From a virus (Duplodnaviria; Caudoviricetes): DNA of 64,000 nucleotides. Below, piece after piece: positions 56,794-64,000 of this stretch (positions are counted from its first letter, which is position 1; each line of letters starts with the position of its first letter). The notes under the pieces were generated by a model that saw only the letters and a program-made list of their open reading frames with translations, was not told the DNA's origin and did not search any database. The translations under genes were made by a program, and so were the position numbers. The DNA lies in IMG/VR virus record IMGVR_UViG_3300037466_001335, positions 16,926 to 80,925 of that record; one strand, given 5' to 3'.

Positions 56794-57366
56794 TTACCAA
56801 ACTATCTGTGCAATTTCCTCTTCTGTCGTGGCGTTAGCAAGCTGAACTTTTAACTCCTGAGCATGCGCAAAATTAGCTTGGCCCTGATCTACCATAGCTC
56901 CATAGAACGCTTTCCAGTCATCCACTGTATTGATCGGTACGTACGTGTTATCGATTGCTTTCCACGCTCCGGGCCAACCGCCTCTGAAAGTGCCTGTCAA
57001 AGTTACATAACCATTTACAGCGTCAATATCACTTCGGCTCAAAGTATCACAAGATATATGCTTACCACTAAACACGAAGAAACTCAAATTGGCAGCAAGT
57101 CTTGCAGAGTTTATTTCTGCATTCTTAGCCGCTTTCAATTGATCAAGAGTGACATCCCATGTAGGTTGATTATCTCGCCAGATCAAGGTTGCATCTGGCG
57201 TAGGTCCGTCAGTTAAGATTAAATCACCCTGCCAAGGGTAGTAAATGATATCCCCCTCTTCCAAGGGGGTTTCAGCCATCGGCCCTACAAGATCAGGCGC
57301 ATCTGGTCTGCCCACACCAAATAAAACCTTATTAGTGTTTTTATCAACAGCGACGAATTGAGTCAT
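56794..57366 (-). CDS. tail fibre assembly protein (DUF4376-like)
   Basis: QLKAAKNAEINSARL..WKAIDN..ELKVQL..EIAQIVW, downstream of fibre. Confidence 0.75.
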   Translation of the reverse strand: MTQFVAVDKNTNKVLFGVGRPDAPDLVGPMAETPLEEGDIIYYPWQGDLILTDGPTPDATLIWRDNQPTWDVTLDQLKAAKNAEINSARLAANLSFFVFSGKHISCDTLSRSDIDAVNGYVTLTGTFRGGWPGAWKAIDNTYVPINTVDDWKAFYGAMVDQGQANFAHAQELKVQLANATTEEEIAQIVW

Positions 57367-60182
57367 GAGAAATATATAGTCGTAAGGTAAGTAATAGTCT
57401 TGGAAATGTTGCTGGCAGTATCAGTGACAACACAAGTCATGTAAAAATCTTGCTGATCCCCTGATGCACGCCCATTGGACTCAATTGATAGTTGCGCCTG
57501 CTGACCTGTAGATGAGCCACCAACCCATCCACGCGATATACCTGACGTGCCGACACTCCATGAGTATGAGTATGGGCCTGTGCCATTTGCTGGATTCGCT
57601 GTGTATGTACCGCCAAAACCATTCGTTGCCGTACGCGACACAGTGTACGAACTTGACGTACTTGTGACAGTGGCGCTAAAAGGGCTAGACACTGTTGGGT
57701 TTTGAACAGTAAGCGTCGTACCATCCCAACGAATGCCTGTGCCATTAGCAATACCTAAGCTAAACACAGGCGTGCTACCATTGAAGCCTAGGAAGAAACC
57801 TGTCCCCGTGTTATACGCAGTTTGACCAGATGCGACATAGCCTCCAGAAGCAATAGACACGGACCCGAATGTTCCGTAAGCCGCCGCCAGTTGCCCTGCA
57901 AACGTCGCATTACCTGTAGTGCCATCAAGTGTGAACGTAGCAACACCGCTGCTGTTGTAGGCAACGATACCTTTTTGGTTCATGCCTACACCGTAACCAC
58001 TGGTGCGATTACCTGAACCGTCCCATGCCAGATTGCCTGTAGCAAGGCCCGCGCTGCCGGACAGAATGTTCTGTGCGTTGGCTTTTAGCTTTTGGGCAAG
58101 ACCATTTGTGGCGTCGTTCACTGCGTTGTAAGCGGTGTTGCCGTTAGCTGCATTAGATTCCACGGTTGTAGCAGAGGTGCTACCGACATTAGTACCGGCA
58201 GGTGCTCCAACTGTTGCATTGTTTTCAGGTTTTGTGGAACCTCCGACATCTGCGAAGTTATTAGATGTCATCGGACCAAAACGAATATTAGATAATGCCG
58301 CGCCTGCCGAACAAAACGAACTGTCGATATAAAGCGGTGCAGTTATTCGTGCAGGTGGTGTGTAAGTATATAGAACTGCACCGTTTCTTATCCAATATAG
58401 CTTCGTTCCGTCGTATATCACGCTTAAAACGTCCCCCGTGGAATATGAGCCAATTGAATTACCACTGTTCAATGGGGTTCCATTATTATAAGCGTACAGG
58501 TTGCCATCGCTAAAAGGGTAGATTGCGTAATCAATTGTCCTGTAGTCCGCATCAGAGTCAGGGTCGATGTTTAAGCCAAACATCATTAAACCTGGGACAT
58601 CGATTTTAGCAGATGCATATGCCCCCCCAATAAAACCGTCTAGGCTTTGAAACTGTGAGTCCCAGGAGTTGTCACCACCATTTTTTACTGCACGGTTACC
58701 TACAACAGACACGTGGTTATAACCAATCAGTGTAACATCACTTGTAGCATTATCGGCTGGCCTACCTGTGCCACCCACCTCTGACCACTGCTGCTGACTA
58801 TTAAGTGTCCCCGGCGCCGCATAGGCTGCACTGAGCCCACCAGCATTAAGAATCGTCGCGCCGGTTGAATCATCAACAATTGTAATTTTTCTGAAAGTCG
58901 CTGTGCCATCATTTTGCAGAACAATCTTGCCAGAGCCAAGATCAATCGATCCTGCATTAATCGAACCTAGATTTGCCGTAATGGCGGACAAGCTGCCCAC
59001 TTTCAGGGAAGACCAATAAGGAATAGACCAAGTAACTTTATTCGTAGTAGGGTCGTAAATACCGTCAGATTGGTAGAGATATTGATTGACAGACAGTGCC
59101 GGAACTGTAGAAGACCATGTGCCAGTAATGCCGCCATCATTTGTAGCTGGCAAACTTGTTTTGCCTGTTGTTTGAGCAGGGGCTGTACTTGTTGTTCCTG
59201 TTGTAGATGCGCAGTAAGCCGTAACATAAGATGCACCACTTGGTCCTGCATCTCCATTCGATCCAGAAGAACCCACAGCAACAATTGCTGCCGAAGTCCA
59301 GTTGTAAGCTGTTTGAGTAACCGTTGCAGAGTCAATAATCTGTAGCTTAGCAGCCCACAACGTAAGGCCCTGCGAGGGTGCAATGCCAGGGGCAAGGGTC
59401 CACACTGTCGGAGATGTTGGAGCTGCTCCAAAGTCTCCAGACGACCACGTGTATGTGCCCGTACCGGCAGGGCCAGCAGGGGCTGTAGAAGAGTCCCAAC
59501 GATATACTTGAATCGTTGCAGACTGATACCCGCTCACACCGTTATTGCCATTCTGAGCCCACACTTGAACCGATGCATTGGTGTAAGACACAACGGTAGA
59601 CGCTGTACCTCCAGCAGCGGTAATTTGGACAGCAGCAACATACAGCTTCAGGCCCGGAGTGCCAGGATTCGTAGCAGTAATCTGCCATTGGTCCGTGCCG
59701 TTGTACGTGCTGTTGATGCCCGTCGCCCAAGTATAGCCGCTAGTGCCGTTAGGCTTAGCAGGCGTAGAAGCGGACCATTGATACAAGTAAACGGTCGCAT
59801 ACTGATTACCGCTTGTGCCGTTATCACCTTTGCTACCATCAGTAAATTTAGTAATCTGTACACTGCGGTTAAACACTTGACCATTGGATGTCAAGCTTGC
59901 TGTAATTGTGCACGCATTACCAGTTAGGCTAGAATACGCTACAGTGGCCGTATTATCATTATTATTCGTAACTGTCGCACCAGTTGCACTAAACGACACA
60001 GTGCCTGTCAAGCTAATAAGGTTGGCAGTGACAGTGATGGTGGAAGGGAGGGGATTTCCGCTTGTGTCCACTTTAAACAGAGGTGCACTTAATTGAAGCA
60101 GGATGTCCGCCCCTAGCGGATTCAATGCCCGCTGACTACTACCAAGTAGTAGCACATCACGGTCGCCAATCACTGTTGCCAT
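57363..60182 (-). CDS. tail fibre/central tail spike
   Basis: G/S/T-rich, collagen-like linkers, PxxNAT repeats, TGFFLG..FSLG segment. Confidence 0.85.
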   Translation of the reverse strand: MATVIGDRDVLLLGSSQRALNPLGADILLQLSAPLFKVDTSGNPLPSTITVTANLISLTGTVSFSATGATVTNNNDNTATVAYSSLTGNACTITASLTSNGQVFNRSVQITKFTDGSKGDNGTSGNQYATVYLYQWSASTPAKPNGTSGYTWATGINSTYNGTDQWQITATNPGTPGLKLYVAAVQITAAGGTASTVVSYTNASVQVWAQNGNNGVSGYQSATIQVYRWDSSTAPAGPAGTGTYTWSSGDFGAAPTSPTVWTLAPGIAPSQGLTLWAAKLQIIDSATVTQTAYNWTSAAIVAVGSSGSNGDAGPSGASYVTAYCASTTGTTSTAPAQTTGKTSLPATNDGGITGTWSSTVPALSVNQYLYQSDGIYDPTTNKVTWSIPYWSSLKVGSLSAITANLGSINAGSIDLGSGKIVLQNDGTATFRKITIVDDSTGATILNAGGLSAAYAAPGTLNSQQQWSEVGGTGRPADNATSDVTLIGYNHVSVVGNRAVKNGGDNSWDSQFQSLDGFIGGAYASAKIDVPGLMMFGLNIDPDSDADYRTIDYAIYPFSDGNLYAYNNGTPLNSGNSIGSYSTGDVLSVIYDGTKLYWIRNGAVLYTYTPPARITAPLYIDSSFCSAGAALSNIRFGPMTSNNFADVGGSTKPENNATVGAPAGTNVGSTSATTVESNAANGNTAYNAVNDATNGLAQKLKANAQNILSGSAGLATGNLAWDGSGNRTSGYGVGMNQKGIVAYNSSGVATFTLDGTTGNATFAGQLAAAYGTFGSVSIASGGYVASGQTAYNTGTGFFLGFNGSTPVFSLGIANGTGIRWDGTTLTVQNPTVSSPFSATVTSTSSSYTVSRTATNGFGGTYTANPANGTGPYSYSWSVGTSGISRGWVGGSSTGQQAQLSIESNGRASGDQQDFYMTCVVTDTASNISKTITYLTTIYFS

Positions 60183-60192
60183 TTAAATTCCT

Positions 60193-61674
60193 TTATACTA
60201 AAATCTTAACTGTAATAGTTCCCTTAAACCAGTTAGGGGATAGCGATACCACTGTGCCTGTCTTACCACTAGAGAGCCCAAAGCGAGGATGTGTAAGAGT
60301 TGCAGCACAGCCAAGAGACAAAGAACCGATAAGATCGGACGTACCTTCGAACTGAAACACTGTACGAGGGGTGCTCCACACAGCAACACGACGGTTTGCT
60401 TCTGCATCTGCGTCAGTGCGGCGCTTCAACATTGTGTCTGTCTGAGGAGGGGCATCGTTCAGCTTGTAGTCAGCTTTTGCTTGCAAGTTTGTAGAGGTAG
60501 ACGTAAGCCACTCTGTTGCAAACATCGTCTTATGCGCCTCTGGAATACCTGTCAGAAGATTGTTCTGCACTGTCCAGTTCTTATCGAAGCCAAGCATGAC
60601 GGCAGCTTTAACGAAAGGTCGCTCTGCAATGGTAAGGGACTTAGCAATAATCTGCGAAGGTCCGATAGGAACAGCAGTGCCAAACCCTGGGACAGTTACT
60701 TGCAACAGTTGCATAAGACCTGTGCGGGACATTACGATGCGCGCATCCACGCTGGCGGCGATGTCTTGGCAAAGAGTGAGCAGATTCGTATTCCCATCTG
60801 CGTACACACCAATTGGCTGCGGGCACTGTGTATCGAATGCGGCAAGATTCGTAGCATCCAAATCTGCCGAAGTGAATCGAGATGAGGCACTGCCATACCC
60901 TGTTGCTAGCCTTTGAATCACTTTAGAAATCGTGTTAATGTACGTAGTGTTTTTATCACCTTGTACAGACACTGTGATTTCGCCAGCAGATGCTTGGTTC
61001 AGTGTGAACGTGCCTGTCGAGGGATGTACAGTGACACTGACAGGTTGCCCATTATCCCTTACTTCAAGGAAACCCTCGATAGGTCCATTGTGAACTTGAT
61101 ACGTGAGCGTGTTGCCAGTGATAGGATCAACAGGGGCCAACTGTGGAGTGATGTTGTGCACTTCACCAAAACAAAGGCTGACGACATTATCTTTGTTAGT
61201 TCCTGTTCCGCCAATCTTCTGATCGGTCACAGGTGCATTCAGTTGTTGAAGCTTATCCCGAATAGTGATCGTAAGAGTGTCATTGGAAGAACCTGACAGT
61301 GTCGCCACAATACCATTGAAGATTGGCTGGAAGTCAGCCCTAGCCCAACTAGGATCACCAATCCACGCCTTGATACTGCGATTGTCCCACACATCGTTCA
61401 GCCAATCGTCCCTCTCACCATTGTAGTTTGCTATCGTAATGTCTCCACCAGACATCCCACCTGTACCTGCAATATCTAGCACTTCAGTATATTGAATCCC
61501 ACCAACAATGATGGGTTCGTAATACCTATTTGGTGTTGCATCTGTTGGAGACGTAACATAAGCTTTAGTGGAAAGATAGCGGGTAATTTCTGACCCGCCA
61601 CTTTTCACATTTACTTCTACAATTACAATACGAGGGACGGTAGGATCACTTAGCCAAGAAGTAAAATCTACCAT
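60193..61674 (-). CDS. tail tip/hub protein
   Basis: Directly after tape measure; CFGEVHNITP and VRDNG motifs. Confidence 0.7.
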   Translation of the reverse strand: MVDFTSWLSDPTVPRIVIVEVNVKSGGSEITRYLSTKAYVTSPTDATPNRYYEPIIVGGIQYTEVLDIAGTGGMSGGDITIANYNGERDDWLNDVWDNRSIKAWIGDPSWARADFQPIFNGIVATLSGSSNDTLTITIRDKLQQLNAPVTDQKIGGTGTNKDNVVSLCFGEVHNITPQLAPVDPITGNTLTYQVHNGPIEGFLEVRDNGQPVSVTVHPSTGTFTLNQASAGEITVSVQGDKNTTYINTISKVIQRLATGYGSASSRFTSADLDATNLAAFDTQCPQPIGVYADGNTNLLTLCQDIAASVDARIVMSRTGLMQLLQVTVPGFGTAVPIGPSQIIAKSLTIAERPFVKAAVMLGFDKNWTVQNNLLTGIPEAHKTMFATEWLTSTSTNLQAKADYKLNDAPPQTDTMLKRRTDADAEANRRVAVWSTPRTVFQFEGTSDLIGSLSLGCAATLTHPRFGLSSGKTGTVVSLSPNWFKGTITVKILV

Positions 61675-61685
61675 ATTTTCCTTTC

Positions 61686-64000
61686 TTATCTACTCACCAC
61701 TTCATACAGACCATTGCTATTTTTTGGCACGTTGATTACGGCTTTAACGATTTCCCCAATAGCAGTCGCAGCGGCGTGTTGACCGTCATACGTAGCAGCA
61801 GCAACATTGTTAAGACCTGCACTGTTGTTCTCATCGCTTTGTTGAATAGTTCCAACAAGGGATTTGAGTACAGTTAGAAGCTCTTGATTCGTTGTGCTAT
61901 TGCTCGTTGCAGTGGTTGCCGGTGATGTGCCGTTAGTGAGATTGTTCAGGCTATTCAGAATATCAGTTGCTGTACCATTCAACGAGTTCAAACTAACAAG
62001 TTGGTTGTTGAGAGTGTCGAGTTGCTTCTGCGAATCGGAGATACCGCCATCTGCAAAGTTCTGAGCCTTGGCAAGTTCTGCTTCGACTTTATTGAAGATC
62101 GCTGTATAAGCGTCGCTGCTTGCGTACAGCGTGCGTGCAGCATCCAAATAGGATTGAGCAACATCGGTTACATTACCTTGTGCCGTAGTGTCACCAGACA
62201 TTGCTTTGCTCAGCGTCGTATCAAACTGGCTTTGAGCACTTGCAAGTTTCTGTGCAGGGGTGAGCGGAGAGTTTGCACCCAACACCAAACCATCACGGAA
62301 CTTCTGAACGTTGTCGGAGAATTGCTTCAGCTTGTCAATCGCACTTTGCAGCGAATCTTTTGCTGTTTGATTTGCTTTCGACAAACCATCAATTGCATTG
62401 CCGAATGTAGGAGCAAGAAACATCAGCTTATTGAACAGTGCAACACCAGAATCAGATGTGAGGTCCAAGCTGTCAACAACTAGCTTGAAATCTTCTTTAG
62501 TTTTGATGCTAGACAACCCCATTGAATTGAGCGCATCCTTGACAGAGCTAATCACAGGGGCAAGCTTTTCATTGTCCGTGTAGATAGAGTCCTCATAGGA
62601 TTTCACAGCTTTTGTCAATGCGTCAGAGCTACCAAAACTATCTACAAGCTTTTCAGCTTGAGCAATTCCAGCAGCAGCTTGTGGCATTGTCCGACCGAGC
62701 ACCTTGAACACATCGTTCACTTGCATCAGATCGTTTGCAACCCGCACAACTGTCTCCATCAGCCCTTCACCAACCTTCTGAAAATTTTGAAGATCGGAGA
62801 AAGCAAACTGTGCCATTTGGTCACCGAGCTTAGAGAACACATTGTTCAGTGCTGTTGTGATCTGGTCGCCAGACAAGCCTTTAAAGCTGATGTTGCCAAT
62901 GTCAACAACGAAGCTTTTCAACCTCGCATTGAACGCATCACCACCGACTCCAAGAGCATTCGCTGCCGTTTGCAATGTCGAATACATGCTATCAATGACA
63001 GATGTGATTTGATTGTTTACATCCGAACCAAGAGAAGTTTTCTTTGTGTCGTGTTTATCCGAATGGAACCAACCTCCAGATGTCGTAATGTTTGCATATG
63101 ACATGGCATTAGCTCCACTTGCCATCAGCGAGCCAAGATCAGTCTTGCCCATCGTCACGCCAGAGTCGTCCAGATTTTGTTTGCCACCAAAGATCGATGT
63201 GCCAATCTTACCGATAAGGTTTCCGATAACTGGAATCTTATTCAGCACTGTACCAACTACATTTCCAATAAGTGTTCCGATGCCAGGAAGAATCACACTT
63301 CCAATTGCACTCAGAGCACCCGTAAGTGCCATACCCGTTACAGTTTTGCCGAAGCCATTATTGGTGTTCAGGTTGATGTTTGGATTCGTTACGTTGGCAC
63401 TCTTTACAAGCTCAGCAGCAAATTTGCCGATGTTGTTGTTAAGTGCCTGCAAAGCAGCCAACATGTCGTTCTGCACAACTAACCCTAGCCCAGAGTTCTT
63501 CTCGGCAATCTTCAAAGAATTTGCAATCGAATTACTCTTTTCGCCAACCAGAACGACATTGGTGCCGTTAGTGATTGTTGGAGAACCAAGAACAGTTCCT
63601 GTGCCTTGAATCTTTTGCTGGTCAGCCGCAGAGAAACCTCCACCACCGCCACCTCCAGACACTGCAACACCAAGCCCTGCTACGATTGCTGTCATTGCAG
63701 CCATACGAGCAAATGCTGTATAAGGGTCGCCTTCACCTTGCGTCAGGATTGCGTTGACGCCTTTAATCAGGGACAGAGCAACTTCGGCAGTGTGCAACAC
63801 CATCGCAGCTTTAGCCATTGCTTGGTAGCCTGTGGAGCCTTTGTCGAAGAAGCCACTTGCTGCATCAGCCATGTTGCCGTACATGCCAACTTGGTTCTGT
63901 GCACCTTGTAACTGGATATCGTTGAGTTGCTTTTCTTTTTCTTGTACACTGAGCGAAGCATTCTCACGAACAACACGAGCTTGATTAGTAAGGCTAATCT
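61686..64000 (-). CDS. tail tape measure protein (C-terminal part, truncated by window)
   Basis: Frame stays open past 63884 to the window end; A/G/S-rich helical; hydrophobic GxxG repeats. Confidence 0.88.
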   Translation of the reverse strand, partial: ISLTNQARVVRENASLSVQEKEKQLNDIQLQGAQNQVGMYGNMADAASGFFDKGSTGYQAMAKAAMVLHTAEVALSLIKGVNAILTQGEGDPYTAFARMAAMTAIVAGLGVAVSGGGGGGGFSAADQQKIQGTGTVLGSPTITNGTNVVLVGEKSNSIANSLKIAEKNSGLGLVVQNDMLAALQALNNNIGKFAAELVKSANVTNPNINLNTNNGFGKTVTGMALTGALSAIGSVILPGIGTLIGNVVGTVLNKIPVIGNLIGKIGTSIFGGKQNLDDSGVTMGKTDLGSLMASGANAMSYANITTSGGWFHSDKHDTKKTSLGSDVNNQITSVIDSMYSTLQTAANALGVGGDAFNARLKSFVVDIGNISFKGLSGDQITTALNNVFSKLGDQMAQFAFSDLQNFQKVGEGLMETVVRVANDLMQVNDVFKVLGRTMPQAAAGIAQAEKLVDSFGSSDALTKAVKSYEDSIYTDNEKLAPVISSVKDALNSMGLSSIKTKEDFKLVVDSLDLTSDSGVALFNKLMFLAPTFGNAIDGLSKANQTAKDSLQSAIDKLKQFSDNVQKFRDGLVLGANSPLTPAQKLASAQSQFDTTLSKAMSGDTTAQGNVTDVAQSYLDAARTLYASSDAYTAIFNKVEAELAKAQNFADGGISDSQKQLDTLNNQLVSLNSLNGTATDILNSLNNLTNGTSPATTATSNSTTNQELLTVLKSLVGTIQQSDENNSAGLNNVAAATYDGQHAAATAIGEIVKAVINVPKNSNGLYEVVSR

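Noticed and set aside
1-64000. CRISPR array, diversity-generating retroelement or stop-codon recoding
   Set aside because: No regularly spaced repeats, no reverse transcriptase, no suppressor anticodon; core genes are intact in code 11.

Overview
A 64 kb slice of a lytic tailed dsDNA phage genome (Caudoviricetes). A tape measure and tail-tip genes are present with no sheath or baseplate wedge in view, so a siphovirus-type tail is likely. A betaproteobacterial host is my inference from recalled resemblance of the tail, lysis and GC-rich patch genes, not a database result. Layout: (1) 1-900, a minus-strand tRNA transcript (Thr-UGU, Trp-CCA, Gly-UCC) interleaved with several structured non-tRNA segments. 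(2) 0.98-8.7 kb: HNH-like endonuclease, possible TerS, PhoH, ClpP, HD nucleotidase, C5 DNA methyltransferase, then an HNH/recombinase-DNA-binding-domain chimera in tandem with a serine resolvase. (3) A ~720 bp silent zone between convergent terminators. (4) 9.5-27.3 kb, a minus-strand early block of ~60 small genes with many sigma70 promoters, including a 2OG-Fe(II) oxygenase, an RNA ligase and an Rmf-like protein. (5) A second ~600 bp non-coding zone. (6) 28.8-53.3 kb, plus-strand replication and nucleotide metabolism: ThyX, primase-helicase, family A DNA polymerase (Tyr762 type), SSB candidate, 5'-3' exonuclease, phosphoesterase, MazG-like protein, NrdB, NrdA, glutaredoxin. (7) 53.4-64 kb, minus-strand lysis cassette and tail genes, ending in a tape measure truncated by the window edge. 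The best candidate for an undescribed system is the HNH-chimera plus resolvase pair, with its adjacent repeats and silent zone. All protein calls come from motif recognition by eye; no searches were run.
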